A stretch of DNA of 64,000 nt from Adineta vaga (lineage: Eukaryota; Animalia; Rotifera), in contig CP075493.1 of assembly GCA_021613535.1 (NCBI GenBank), forward strand, positions 3,782,001 through 3,846,000, read 5' to 3'. Within the stretch, counting starts at the first letter, position 1; each line of letters starts with the position of its first letter. Of the stretch, positions 1 to 14,763 are shown piece after piece. The notes below the pieces were generated by a model. It was not told the origin of the DNA. It was given only the letters and a program-made list of their open reading frames with translations, and did no database searches. The translations under genes were made by a program, and so were the position numbers.

Positions 1-556
1 TTATGGAGAAGTATGTGATGATTTTCTCTTCCAATTCATTGATTCAATATCGTTATTTCCATTAGATGAATGTCATTTTACCTGAAATAATTCGAATATT
101 TCATTTTTTTCTGCATAAAGTGAAAATTCCGGTGAAATTGTCGATGGACGTGTTGTATTATCCATCGTCTATGTAAAAAGTTATCAATCAATTCATACCA
201 TTTCAAATTATTGCAACTATGGTAACAAAATATCGAAAAAGAAAGAGGAAAAATATTGTTCTTTATATGTATAAAAATTTCGTTGAATTAAAATTCATTT
301 TATTACGAGATAAGAAAAAAAAGAATCATTGTTCTTGTAGATGTCACTGTATCTATATTTTGATAGATGGAATTTTCAATCCATTGTTTCGAAATCGAGA
401 GAAAAGAAGAGAAATGTGATTGACTGACGAGGCAGGTTGGACAAACAAAAAAAAATACGTTCGATTCGGTGTGTGTTTGTCTGTCAGTGTTGTTGTTTTT
501 TTTCTATAGCTTTTCATATCTTAGTTCGTTAGTGTGAACATTGAATTTTTTTGTTT

Positions 557-2497
557 ATGGATGATTTATCTTTATATCCTCTTTCCAATGGAAATTATTA
601 TTCCACTGATAATGATAGTGAAACATTTGATGACGAAGAAAACGAAATGATTCAGCAGCAGCAGCAGCAACAACAACAACAACAACAACTACCTATTCAA
701 AATGAACGTGGTGGACGTCGAAAAGGTGTTCCACGTCGTTTACAATTATCTCCTGAAGTAATCAAAACATCGACACAACGGCTTCTTCCCGTTGCATTGA
801 CGAAATCTGCTGCTGCTGGTGGTGTTCATCATCATGAACAACCAATTTTAACGTCTGATCAAGAAGATGAGAATGAGATTGAAGATATTTATCAAGCAAA
901 TCTGAATGAACAAAATTATCTTCAATTAGATTTTTCTTCAACACATTTTGTTGATAATAATAATAATCTTGAAGAGAATGAAGATGTCTTGGAAATAGTC
1001 GATGATATTCTAGCTGATATTGTAACAATTATTGTTAAAGATATTAAAGAACAACGTAGAAAAGTAACGATCAAAACAAATGGACATTTTCATCCAAAAA
1101 AACAAAGCAATGAAAATCAAAAAATACCGAATGGAAAACATTATACAAATGGTCATAGGTAAATAATAGACAAGCATCATTCCGGTTTTTTAGAAAAAAA
1201 AAGCTTCTTCTCTCTTGTCTATCTTATGAGGCAATGTATTCAGTTTCAATTGTTTCTGATAAGTAAACATCAAGGTTGCTCAAAGCAAATATGTTTTGAA
1301 TGGCGTCTAATGAAACGTTTCGATTCTATTGATACATTTACGGCCGTTTTTTTTTTGCCAAGTTATTATAAGCAATCAATATACGAATAATTTTTGTTTT
1401 AGTACTCGAACTGAACCATTAACAGCGACAAAATTATCTGATCCTTCGGCATTATTTAATGATTTAACTAAAACAATGCAATTCAATTCTCAACAACAAT
1501 TAGTTAAACATAAATTATCACCATCATCATCATCATTTTCTTCACCACCATCAGTTAAACGACAAAAAACATCAGAATCATCAGTACCATTATCAATGCA
1601 ACAACAACATCAACAACTTTTATGGGAAATGACACAACAATTGATGATGTCATCAGCATCACCTGAGAATGATAGTCTTGGATCACTTAATTCTTCTCTA
1701 CTTAAACAACAATTACTTGGTGTTCCTCAGCTGGATAGCAATCCTAAACGAGCTAATCGTCCATCAAAACCTCAAGCACAATCACCTGGAATGACAACAA
1801 ATACAAGTATGATTCCACCAACATCTCATACTTCAACAAGTCCATTGTCATTTGAACGTGGTAATTTTGCTCCAAGACGACGTGGACGACCACCAAAATA
1901 TGTTACAGATCGAGGATTAGCTGGTCTTTCATCGCTTGATCTCGATCCATCCTCATTAACATCATCATATGATCAACTTTTTGCCGCTATTGAAAATGGC
2001 ATTGCATCAAATAATAGTGGCGCAACAGCAGCAGCATTTCAATCAGCATTAGCATCGATGCTTGGACAACAAACTGGTTTATCCCTACCAACACCTCCTG
2101 TATCAAGAAAGTAAGTCAAATAAAACATCAATCGATTCATACAGAAGATATTTATTTACAATTTCATTGTAGTGGTGCACCAGCATCAATGGCGAAAAGT
2201 TCAGCCGGACAAACTCGCCACAGTTTACCAGCATCGTCAATGAATACTGCATCGAAATTATCTCAAGAAATTGGTATGAGTGGACTTGATATACCATTGA
2301 TGGCAACGAAAAAGCGTGGTCCTGGTCGACCACCTAAAAGTCAAATGTTATTTGATCCACATCAAATTTTACAAACAACACAACGTTTAAATTCACCAAC
2401 AAATAATAATTTTCCACCAACAATGGTACCGTCATCACCGAATTCTTTTAATTTAAATGCTGCCTTCATGGAAATGTTACAGCAACAACAACAATAA
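557..2497 (+). CDS. AT-hook-containing, low-complexity nuclear protein (3 exons: 557-1158, 1403-2110, 2173-2497)
   Basis: Three ORFs join in frame across GT-AG introns 1159-1402 and 2111-2172. Two AT-hook motifs (PRRRGRPPK, KKRGPGRPPK), polyQ and an acidic N-terminus. Confidence 0.8.
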
Positions 2498-2934
2498 ATA
2501 ACCAAATAAAACGGTGTATACGCATGTTCTTCGAAACAAACTTCCGTCTTCAGATATGACTTTACTTTCCAGATCGTAATATGTAAAAATAATCTTTCGT
2601 TTTTCTTTTCTTTCTTCGTTTCTGTGCTATTATTATCTGATTGAAACTAGTCTTGACATTGCATTATGTCTGATGTTTTCTTTTTTCTTCTTCTTTCTTC
2701 AATGGTCGCTAGTATGAATGATTCAAAAAAGTTGAAAACAGCGCTGTCCTTACTATCTCTATCGATAGTACTAAGTACTTGTAATGCTTATGTAAATAAT
2801 AAAAACTATATATTCTTTTTTTCTCTTCTACTTTAACAAAAAGAAAGTTTTACTCAATATAAATCTGTCATTCTTTCTCTCTCTCTCTTTCTCTCTCACT
2901 ACATATACATATATATGTATATATTCATAGATCT

Positions 2935-4597
2935 ATGCAATTTGATATATCAAATATCAATGTTGATAAAGAACATTTCTTATCAGCTCTAGAAATTTAT
3001 TTATATAAACCACATGTAATAAATAAACGTGTAACAACTGTTCGTTTTGCTTTGGCATTGACTCGTCAAGATCGAATCTATTCAACAGGACGAAATATTG
3101 TGAATAAAAGAACATTAGTCTCTAAAAATCCAAGAATTTATCATGATCAAGATGAATATATTCTATCTGATGATATTTCATTTGAATTTCGTCCTATACC
3201 ATCAAATTGTTCAGAGACAAAATCATGCTGTGTGGAAATTCCAGTTTATCGATTTGAATTATTAACAAATGAAAATCTTATTCGATTAAAAGTTGATGGC
3301 GAACAATCAACGAAGGAGATTTCATGGTTAAGCGATATTTTATTATCAAAAATTGTTAGATGGTGTCAAAATGATATTGAAAATAGTACAGAAAATACAA
3401 CATTGAAATTAATCTCTATTGAAGAATATCAACGTGAATATGAACGATTAAAAGTCAAATATGGAAAATATCTAACAGAAAATTGGTGCGAAAATACTGA
3501 TCCTCAAAAACATGTTTTCGAAGATTTAGGTATTGCAAGTTATCTATTAACTTATTGTCGTCAATATGCTTCTTTATTTGATAAACCAATTAAATTCCTT
3601 GATCTCGGTTGTGGTAATGGACTACTGACTTTTCTTCTCTCATCGGAAGGTTATCCAGCACTTGGTATTGATATGCGTTCTCGACGTTCGTGGTCTTTAT
3701 TTGGTTCTTCACTTTATTTACAATCACTCATTGATCCAAAATCTTTTAGTTTACATGAATTTATTATTTCAAATCAATATACTCTTCTAATTGGAAATCA
3801 TTCGGATGAATTAACTCCATGGCTACCGGTCTTAGCTCGACAATGCTTTTGTAACGTATTTCTATTACCGTGTTGCTTTTTTGATTTCAGTGGAAAAAAA
3901 TTTATGACAAATAATCATGATCAATCCACTCAATATGAACAATATTTATCTTATGTAGGAGAAATAGCTAATGTTCTTGATTTTGATATAAAAAAGGACA
4001 AATTACGTATTCCATCAACAAAAAATATTTGTTTCATGTTACATGACAAGAATGGAGAAAGGTTAATTTCATGTATTTGACTAGTTTTTATATTTCTTTT
4101 CTTTGTATTTCAGATCATCCGAAACGATTCGAAGATGTTTACTTGATCATTTTAATATTGATATTAATCTTGAGCATGCTCAACCACAACTTTCTAATCA
4201 TCCATCAACATTGGTGAAATCGAAACCTGATTTCTATTCAACGAAATTTTCTATCGCTCAAATTCTTTTTCAACATCTTATTAAACATGATGATTCATTG
4301 ACTTTATCATCTGCTTATGATCTTCTACCGAATGAAATTCGTGAAGAACTCAAATCAGAAAATGGAGGTCTTAAATCAATTATTCTCTCCTATCGGCATG
4401 CATTGTATTTCAATCCACAAACAAAGTTAATCATTTTATCGAATCCACAATCAAATTCAATAACAGCAAAACAAAAACCATCATCAAAGATTACCTTTCG
4501 AACCAAACCTTGTTTTTTCTATATGTTTCATCCAGATAGATGTCCGTTAACGGATGAACAATGTGCCTTTTCTCATAAACATCATTCTAATGAATGA
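2935..4597 (+). CDS. TRMT44: tRNA (uracil-O2'-)-methyltransferase TRM44-like with C-terminal CCCH zinc finger (exons 2935-4061, 4114-4597)
   Basis: Motifs W-ENTDPQKHVFEDLGIASYL, SAM-binding FLDLGCGNGLL, IGNHSDELTPW, LPCCFFDF, LRIPSTKN. C-terminal KPCFFY..HPDRCP..CAFSH. A 52-nt intron keeps the frame. Confidence 0.92.
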
Positions 4598-4924
4598 TCA
4601 ATAGATACTTTCTTTATACGAGAATTGAGCAATAAAACTTTGCTCAATCAAATAGACATAAGTTGAAGTAGAGTTTGAATTCATTCACTTGTACCAGAGA
4701 CACCTAGTATCATTTTGAAATGTCATCAGATTAAAAGTGAATATTTGAATCAATATTCGACCTATGCTTTATTCTGTCAGACAATTCGAAATAAAACATT
4801 CTTTTCCACTGTATTAACGCTGCAATATAAAGAATAGGTATAAGAAAGATAATGAATATGTATTTCAAGCTGAATCACGATAGTGATAGAAAATTTCATG
4901 ACTATAATCATTCGTTTTTCGTTC

Positions 4925-6588
4925 TTACAAAAGTCTTTTTGAATAAATCACTGATGGATCATATACAGTTTTGAAGTAATTATTTAATTTGATCAAATCC
5001 GTTTTGTAATCGATTTTATTCCATTTCTGCCCGGCAATCAAGGAATTCTCACGAGTACGCATGGAATAATGATTGAGACGAGCATGAAGCATATCAATAC
5101 GAACCATTTTTCCATTACTCCTATTATTTGTATCATGATAATGTGTACAAAGTTTTTCGATTGCACCAACCTTAATCATTTCCTAAAAGAATCGATTTAT
5201 AGTAAAGATTCATTCAAACAATTCTCTTAGAGACTTTTTTTCAACAGAATAATTGAGATAGCTACATATGTAATTCAATTCGTAAGAAAACTACACCATC
5301 ATTACCTATCAGGTATGTAAGATTAAGTTCGTATAAAATCATTTAAAAGTATCAAAAATTCTCGGATAAATCGTCTTCAATGAAAAACTGATCACATAAA
5401 CCACTTTGCTCAGAAGTGTGAAGTTTTCTCAACTTATTTTTCGTTATATTCGTTTTTAATTTTTTCTGATTTTGAAAAATTATTATTTGTGTTTTACAAA
5501 TATAAACACTTATGAAATGTTTATCTCTGTTTCTCCACCTGTGTATCAAGCTAATCTTGTTGCAACTAAATAATTATTCAACAAACTGTCCAATCATCCT
5601 ATATTGGTAAAACGATCACGACATATTCAATAATCGACTTGTTCGTACTGAAATATGAGTATTTCTTTTTAATCTTAATAAGAAAGAACGTCAACTAAGA
5701 CATATCTCAAAACTTCAAACGACTATGAATTTCTACAACAATTTAGAGAACTATTTCAAAAACTTGCCTTTCCACTTGTTGTCTCACAAGCGTCATTACA
5801 TTCGAATAAATCCTTAAACTTCGGATGCATATATTCACCCAAATCTTCATTTGGTCGACGATACACATTTGTTTTTAATAGAGATTTATTCTCCATTTCT
5901 TTGTCTGTTTCATAAATGTAGCCGTATCGCAAGTCTGTGAAATGAAATCGATCATATTCATCATACAGTCGTGATACAGCATCTGATCGTTCCACATTGA
6001 GAAATTCATCAATATCCTGCATAAGAGAATAAACATTATTGTGTGTTAAAAATAAAATAAGATTTCTAGAATGGCTTTTCATATTGTATTTTACTCCAAT
6101 GTTTTATCGAAAGAAGGTTTCTATATCATTCAGAAGAACTTCAAATTCGTTTTATTTACCTGAGTCATAAGCAAATCTTCTGGTTTCATTGGTGGATCTT
6201 TGAAACATTGAAGACAATAACGCCACTCTTGATCACGTTCTGCTTTAGTGATTGTAGCTATACGATATTGTTTAACAATCGCTTCATCTAGTGGTTCCTC
6301 GGCACTTATCATACAAACATTACGGAAACCTAATCGATAGATTTGATGTTCAATCCATTCTACTATGTGTTCATTTGATTCATTCCATACTTGTGTACAA
6401 ACATAATAATCAAAATGAGTTTTATTTGAAGAATTTGCGTCACTGTCATTCATGTTGATGGCCCATTTGGAAAATAATTTTGCTTCATTTTGAATTTGAA
6501 TCAAACTTATTATCAAGATACTAACGATAACTACCTTAAGAAAGACACGAATATAACATTTTCCAAATATTTTTATTTTCAACATCAT
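4925..6588 (-). CDS. Type II membrane glycosyltransferase, GT92/GT2-like (exons 6588-6160, 6016-5768, 5182-4925)
   Basis: N-terminal TM segment. CTQVWNE..IVEWIEHQ..LGF, DxD motif QDIDEFL and C-terminal RLNHYSMR are typical of GT92/Glyco_tranf_2_4 proteins. The second intron requires a GC donor. Confidence 0.7.
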
Positions 6589-8508
6589 ACTACAAGAGAA
6601 AAAATACATATGATTTTATATTTTATCCTTCCTATCTTATTATTACTTCAACAAGTAATAAAAAAAGTTTAGAAGAATTCTATTATATTCGTAGGTCCAC
6701 GAAAAAAAAATTTATCCTGTTTTACTTTTATATAGAAAAGTTTTGCTTTTCTGTATGTAAATCTTCGCTGTTGTATCAATAAGAGTGAGGATGTGGGTGA
6801 GGGTAGATGATAAATGGCTAAAAGCACTAAAGGGAGAAATGAGTCTAAAGGGAGTGTTATGCTGAAAAGAAAAGTAAAACAGGATAAATTAAATTTTTCA
6901 CGAACCTCTCCGTTCTGTTGGAAAAGATTCCGACGAATTATTCGATTCATATATTTCTCTCAAGAAAATGTGAAAAATAGACTGATACGTGGAATCCTAC
7001 ACTTATAACAAACATAAACCAAAAAACAAAAGAAAAGTGTGTTACAAGATTAGATAACCAAAGAAAAAATTGGCCTGACTAAACGAAATAGAATGTAACG
7101 AAATTAGATTCAATATGATTCGTGACGGCACGTTGATATTTTCGTAAGATTCTCTGACATAGACTCACCCTAACAATAACAAGTTAAAAAAAACCAGATA
7201 TATCATCTCATCAGATATGCTTTTATTCGAATAACTTAGATTTAGAGAAACTTGCATACAATCGCAATCGTTTTCAACTGTGGTAATGACCTCAAAAATA
7301 GGAATCACATGAAGACTACAAGTGCACAAATTAAACTTGTACTTGTCTGTACACCTATAATGAGAGAAGCTACTGTGTTAAAGACATGATCATTCTTTAA
7401 CAACTTCATGTGAGACTTGCAAATCGTATCGTTCACATCCTCATCAGATGACAGAATCAACTCAACGATACCAAATGAGTTTTTATAGAGTTTGAGAAAA
7501 TTAGTTTCTTTTCTTTGTGTTTACCGCAGACAAATTCTTTTGTATTCGAACGAAAAAAAGTGAATGAGAGTTAACGAAACGTTTTATAGATTTTTCTGCA
7601 TAGCCCATACATAGCATTCCAACATTAGTACTAAATAACATAAAAAAACAGGATATGAAAAGTATTCTTTACCATTTGTATTTTTCTCTCTAAATCGATT
7701 GAAGACCGACTGGTGATAGAACAGTTGAAAGATATTCCTAAAATTCTTTTTCTAGTGCAGCTCTCTTCCAGACTATGAAATATCAATGATATTGCTTGAA
7801 GTTCATTCTAAGTGAAATTTTTCGATATTCTTAAAATATATAGATTTACATCTATGACACAAATGAAACGTTGTCTTGTGAGAAGTTTTCTATTTGATTG
7901 TCGAAGTGTTGTAGATAGAAAATGAGGACAATGATTATATAAAAGTTAATGTCATTTCATCAAATGTGAATTAAAATACTAGGGATACTACAAAATGATA
8001 CTAACAGAAAAAATTCCAAGAAGAAAATATCTTCAGCTATCATGGATCTTTGAACTATTCTATTTCATGCAGAGAAAAAATACTGTTTAATATTCATATT
8101 CTTCAAATTTTTATAAGGATCGCTCTACTGCTTATAGACAGCGATAATTTTCAAGCGATTTGATTCATTATTCTTTTTTTTATGGTCATGTATCCAATTT
8201 CAATTATCAAAAATAATTTTTTAGGACAAAATCTTGTTTTTTTCAATGTATTTCATTGGAATGGACAATGTACTTTTACTTCATACTAAAATTTCGAAAG
8301 ATCAGTGTAAGCCTTGAAAGAGTCATAAACATCAGTCAGATGAATAATCAATAAATGCTTTCCACCTACGAGAGAGGTGAGCAAGAAAATTGTCTTAGTC
8401 ATATATTTGCTTTCTTCTTCTGTCATACATATATAAATGTACGACAGAGGAGAATAAAATAAAACGACAATCAACAATTTGTTGGAGATTTTGTTTGAAA
8501 CATAGACG

Positions 8509-10254
8509 ATGAGTACAAGTAACCTGAATGGAGATAAACGAATAGTCTCATTTTTTATATGGGTATGTCAAATTTACATGTTTTGTATTTTTAATTTCTA
8601 TTTTAATTTCATTTTAAATGATAACTAGGATCCTGAGTTAGAACGTAAAATTGATTGTGAAGTTAAAATGATTGATGGTATTAGTAAATTACTTAATGTA
8701 GCTACGACTGTTGAACAAACAATTGAATGTAATAAAGCATTAGTACTATCTCAACAAAGAATGTTAGCTTTTATGAATGAAATAAAACGAAAACAACAGA
8801 ATTTACTTCAACCTGATGATAACAAGTATACAATTGTATTTCATTGAAGTTCTTGTTTTACTAGTTATTTTTCTTTTATTAAGTCTTGAACCAACAAAAG
8901 CAACTGTTATTTTATCAGATATCCGTTTACCATTGAAATGGTCTAATATGAAAAAAATGAAATCCGGTTCGTGATAAAACTTTTTCTTTCGGAATATTTC
9001 TTTTGATTTAATATTTCATTGAATAGGACAAAAGAAATTTGCCGTATTTTGCCTCGCACGTATTGGTTGTGAAATAATTGATACTCAAATGAAATTTATT
9101 GATAAACAATCAACTGAAGTTTTATTTACAGATCAATTGATATTGTAAATTTTCATTCATTTTATAATTGTATTTCATTCTAGAAATGATTTTTTGTTGT
9201 TCTAGTGAAAATGTACAACATAACTTTCAATTACAACTGGAAATCTATGCATTGAACAAAAGTTTAGCTGTATCAACAGCTGCAAAAGATTTTGCTGATC
9301 GTTATAGTTATTTTTCTACGCATGGATCACCACGATTTCGACGAAAACTTCCTGAAAATAAAGCAACTCAACAACAAAAAGTATCTGATCAACGACAATC
9401 GAAGTTTGTTCTCATTGCTCATGCAAATTACACAAAAGAAAATGTTCATAAAATGCCTAAAGTTCGTTCATTAATCATCGATCAATTACAAGAAAATCCG
9501 TTAATGCAATTACCAATCGAAAATTCGTTTACTTCACGTTTTGCTATTCAACCATTATGTTACACACGATCAGCAACATTTGCTGGTATTATCGAAAATA
9601 ATCATACTTCCTATTCTTGTATATTAACTGGAGGATTTTTAAACGGTGAAGAAATTAGACGAAATGATAATGTCGAATCGAAAATCTTCTCAATACCAAT
9701 TACACCGGTAAGACAAAGGAATATATATATATATACATTAGAAATTACTATTTAAGATCATTTTAGGATACTTTAATTCTATCACGAAATGATCATTTGT
9801 CATTTTCGATTTATAATCGAGGTTTTAATCAAGAAGATTTTTTTGTTCAAGATCTCTTTACACTTAATATGTGGATTCAAGCATTACAACAGCATATTGT
9901 TGATATTCGTATGAAAGAACTTTCTTTTCTTTCAACTATTATGATTTCAATTTCATATTTAGGTGCTTGGGAAATGACTATGGAACATTTACCATCTATG
10001 CGACGATATTCTTATCAACCATTAATAACATTAGCTAATTCGACTCCGTTAATAAAGAAATCAATATTGAAAAGAAAAGCTCGATCATTGGGTATGATTA
10101 TTATAAACAAAATAATAAATCTGTATTATTATTTATTTTATAGATAATCTTTGTCAAACGGGTATTTCTTCTCAACCAATTACAACGAATAAATTCATTT
10201 CATCAAAACATATTACTTATACTAACGACCACTATAGCAGTAACGATGACGACA

Positions 10255-10286
<32 letters not shown>

Positions 10287-10316
10287 AATGCATCAGTATT
10301 ACATACAAAATTGTAA
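8509..10316 (+). CDS. RTKN: Rhotekin-like Rho effector (HR1 + anillin-homology + PH-like), multi-exon
   Basis: Exon from 8629 reads DPELERKIDCEVKMIDGISKLL...NKALVLSQQRMLAFMNEIKRK (rhotekin HR1-like). It is followed by ILSDIRLPLKW, FAVFCLARIG..IIDT and FQLQLEIYA (anillin-homology), and WIQALQQHIVD (end of PH). Confidence 0.78.
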
Positions 10317-10574
10317 TCGTTTTTTTCTCCTGTGATATTATTTTCATATATTGTTCATAATTCTTCTTTCTTCACATGCTAATAAAGAACTACAAACTTT
10401 TCTATATTCATTCGATCATCATTACAATATATCAAAGTCTTATTATTTTTTTTTCACTATATTCATATACATTTTGTTCATGAAAGAAAATACAGAAAAA
10501 AAAATTATTTTAGTTGTAGTTCATCTACTGAAAGACTAATTAATTGAAATGTGATGATAAAAATTTCTTTAATA

Positions 10575-12761
10575 TCAGTCATTTTCATCTAATGCTGGTT
10601 GAATAAGATCATTCAATGCTTGTTCGTATTTGATTAATTGTATAGTTGGACCTTTACTATATTTATGCATTAAATCTCGATGTATCATTTCTTGTTGATC
10701 AGTCGATGATAAAGCACGTAAACATTGTGCAGCTACTTTTGTTACACCATACGCAATTTCTGCTGGATCATAACCAGTTGATCGAGCTAAACGACGAGGC
10801 CATGTTCTAAAAATAGAACGAAAATTAAAGATATTCAATTGAAAAAATTCAATGATTCAATTTTACACTTCATAATGTTTTAAATGTCGTACGAGTGCAT
10901 ATGAACAGGCAGCTATATAGGAAGATTTATGTGCAATAAATGTATGAGGATCAATCAATAAAAGTTGTAAAATAAAAAATAAAAGACGAAGATCATCATG
11001 AGATTTATCCATTGGTGATATTTCACAATAACGATAAACAAAATCTAATACAGTTAAACCAATATCAAATGATAATGATTGTAGAACAATTATTTCTAAT
11101 GATTTTATATCCCGTGCTTCTAATGGTTCACGATTAGCAATAAGTGAACTAATACTTGGCCACTAGGAGAAAAGAAAGGTTTCATTTTTTTCTTCTTCTG
11201 TTATTTCTTGATTGAAACTTACTTCGACTTCTTCGAATTTGCCTGCAATCAATAAACAAGTAAGCAGTAAATGAGGATTTCCATTTGTATAAGATTCTCG
11301 TGGTATTTGACCAGTTAAAATAGCACGATCAAATAAATTTACAGTAAGAAAAAGTGTATTAAGAACAAGTCTTGAACGAAGATGAAGACGTATTAATTCT
11401 GAGATTTGTCCACAACGTTGAGGGCCATATAAATAATCGAGTAATATTTGAAAACGACGTTGATAAAGTACTTGACCCGTTTTTGTTGATTCTATAGATG
11501 AAGAAGAATAGAAAAGAATGTTTTTCTTTTCTTCTTTGAATATATATTTTCTCATTTTACTTTTTTTTTGTTTGATTATAGGTAAAACAGGCATTAGACT
11601 TTGTTCAAGTTCAAGTAGATAAGGTATTAATTCAGTTGGTCGTGTATTATTTCCATCATAAAGATTTTCCTCAGGTAATAATTGTCCTTGATTACATTGA
11701 TCCATTGTTGCTGGTTTAATACGTGTCCGATTTACTAATTGTTCATAATCAATGTCAGCATCATCTGGACGTTCAGGTGTTGTATAATAAAAAAGACTTT
11801 CTTTTTTAATCGAAGAAAAAGCTGCTGGCTGAGATGTATCATCATCATCAACAGGTGTTACTCGAACGAAAAATTGTGCACCATTATCAGTTGAATATTG
11901 ACTATTATTTAAACGTTTCGAACGAAGACGTCGACAAGATTGATTCTCTCCATGTTCACTAGCAATTCAAAGACAGTATTTTAAAAGTTTCTTTCATTTT
12001 CTCTTACCTGGTTGAAGTATCTTCAGTATGATCAACAAATGGTTGGATTTTAACATGTGGTTTAATTTTTACTTGCTGATTTATAATGAGTGACATTTGA
12101 CGTGTAACCATTCTAGTTTTCGTTTGTTTTATAACTGGTGTTACTTCGACATCTGATTCAGATTCGTTAGATTCTTCTTCATTGCTTTCATCATCATCAT
12201 CGTCATCGTTTTCTAATTCTAAATATTTCATAGAAATGAATACGTTTTTTTTAATCATAATATACCATTCTAATAATCTTTAAGTAGTCAGAATGATAGA
12301 ACCTGATATAGTCACGAGATTTAATTTACTGCTATCAATTAACATAGGCATTAATTAAAGTGTCTACAATCAATTTGAATCTTAATTATTTCGAAAAATT
12401 TCCTTGAAAACACAACCTACCTTCTTCACTACTTTGATAACTTTTTTTCTTGGCAGCTGCAATGGATCGAGTTTGAATGCCACACTACTACTACGATCAT
12501 CATCGTCATCATCGGCTGATTCTGAACATGATAGTATATATGGAAAATATGACAAATGAATAATTTTCAATACATACCATCTGAAGTTAAAAGTGGTGAA
12601 CGATTTTCAGTATCACTCTCATTTTCTTCTTGATCTGATAGAGGCCGATTCGAAGTTTTTCGTTGTCGTTTACGTGATGGTTGATCTGTTGCAGAATTTG
12701 AACCAGTTGAAATCGGACTTGCATTGTACACTGATAGTGGTCGTCGCCGTAATTTCATCAT
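10575..12761 (-). CDS. Divergent A/B-type cyclin with long acidic N-terminus, multi-exon
   Basis: Cyclin box: ILLDYL...NTLFLTVNLFDRAI...LLLTCLLIAGKFEEVE. C-terminal cyclin fold ending WP..LARSTGY...KYSKG. Confidence 0.75.
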
Positions 12762-13627
12762 ATTTATTCGACAAGCAAAACGAATGATTATAACGAACGA
12801 AGGAAGAAATTCGTTTAATCGAAGAAGTTTAGATTTGAACCGAAAAGAAAGACTAATATATCGATTGGTGCACGAATTAAACGAATACACTTGATTTTTC
12901 CTGGCGAATATATGTCGCTAACTGTTTTAGATTTTTTATATCAGCTAGGTGATATACTGTTTTCTATTAAAATAAGCAAGCAAAATCTTTTCATATCATT
13001 CGAATCTTAATATTTTTCTTTTTTCAATAGTATTCATGTACATAAAGCGTAAGCAAGATTCTTCTCATACGTTTAATACAATATTTGCTTTTTATGTTAA
13101 TCACATTGAATTCTCTACACACTCACTTATGAATATATTGCTTGATTCATTTGTTTTTTTTCGCATCATCAATTCATCTCCTGTTTCTCATTACATCCGT
13201 TGTGTATCATGATTAGAGAAAATGAATTCATTCATTCCCCGCTTCAAACACGCTACGAAATATATTTGGTATATATCTCTACATACATATATATATATAT
13301 ATAAATTTCTTTTTTTGTTTTATAGAATATGATAATCTGATAATGACATTGTCGCGTGTATGTTTCCTATATGTAACGGATGTGCTTGAAGGCACATCAG
13401 ACAATGATTGGTTAAAAATTATCATTGGTTCTCTCAAGCAGGTGCCCGGAAAAGAAAAAAATCAATTGCTTGTTACAAATATATTTTTCTCTTGTCTTTT
13501 TTTTAATACTATATATATATATATATAAAGTTAGAGAGAAAATCTAGTAAAGAAACATATCTGTGTCAGACATCGATCTAATTAATTGATTTAGAAAAGA
13601 GAACAGTATTATTAATTGAATTTGAAT

Positions 13628-14763
13628 ATGTTCAATATAAACAGTGATTGTATCAACGATCAATCTGTTGGAAAACAAGAGCAACAAGGTAAGGAAATCA
13701 AGTTTAATAAAGGTGATAGAAGAATTGATATGTATGAGAAACACTTCTCTTTTAATGAGTTCTTCTAGCATGCCATTCATTGTCATCCATCGATGGGAAT
13801 AATCGATTTTCTCCACCGACAACGACAAGAACTTCATCGTCATCAACATCATCATCATTAAATTCTCATGATGATGTACATCTTTTGTCATCATCGAATA
13901 AATTACTTCTTTCTTCATCATCACCATTAACAATAGTTAAACCAAAACGTCATCGAACACGTTTTACACCAGCACAACTCAATGAACTTGAAAGATCATT
14001 TAGTAAAACACATTATCCAGATATATTTATGCGAGAAGAATTAGCCGTTCGAATTAGTTTAACTGAATCTCGTGTTCAGGTAAATAATCTTAAATGTTGA
14101 ATATAGAGATTGAAATAGAATATGTATCGTATAAAGGTATGGTTTCAAAATCGTCGTGCTAAATGGAAAAAACGTAAGAAAACGACTAATGTCTTTCGTC
14201 AACATTATCAATCTCAACATTCTCAATCATTAACTCCATACGGTTGTTTAATCAATACAGCGATCGATGGACAAGCGTCACTCACTCAAACAGATCATCA
14301 TCATCATCATCCTCATCATCATCATGTGAAATGGTCCAACACAGCGAATACGAATAATTGTAATCAATTTCCATTCTCCTCAACAAATTTCTCTCAAGTA
14401 ATCAATTCAACTAATATAAAAGAAATTAAATATATCTTTTGTTTTATTTAGATGGATCAGTCATTAGCTCCACATTTCTATTCATCAAGTGCTATGGCTG
14501 ATTATGTTGGTCTACCACCACCTTCAACAAACTCAACAACTGCACTCTTTTCTACGACATTGCCATCTATAATTAATATCGATCCATTGAATTCTTGTTC
14601 ATCAGCGTCATCATATAATTTATCTTTTCCTTCCTCATCTTCAACATTAACAACTGATATTATGACTAATGACAATGATGATATTTGGCGTGGTTCGAGT
14701 ATTGCTTCTTTACGTCGAAAAGCTGTTGAATATCAAGCAGGCAGCAATAACAATTTTAAATAA
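13628..14763 (+). CDS. otp: Orthopedia homeobox protein (exons 13628-13688, 13769-14079, 14137-14397, 14452-14763)
   Basis: Homeodomain [41 protein letters not shown]|[21 protein letters not shown] with the PRD-class intron between Q and V. C-terminal OAR motif [13 protein letters not shown]. Confidence 0.96.

Noticed and set aside
1-419. Possible gene fragment at the window start
   Set aside because: All frames I tried close quickly. Probably UTR or promoter sequence.
6490-8477. Several 60-93 aa ORFs between the glycosyltransferase and rhotekin
   Set aside because: AT-rich, mostly non-ATG starts, no motifs. Consistent with chance ORFs.
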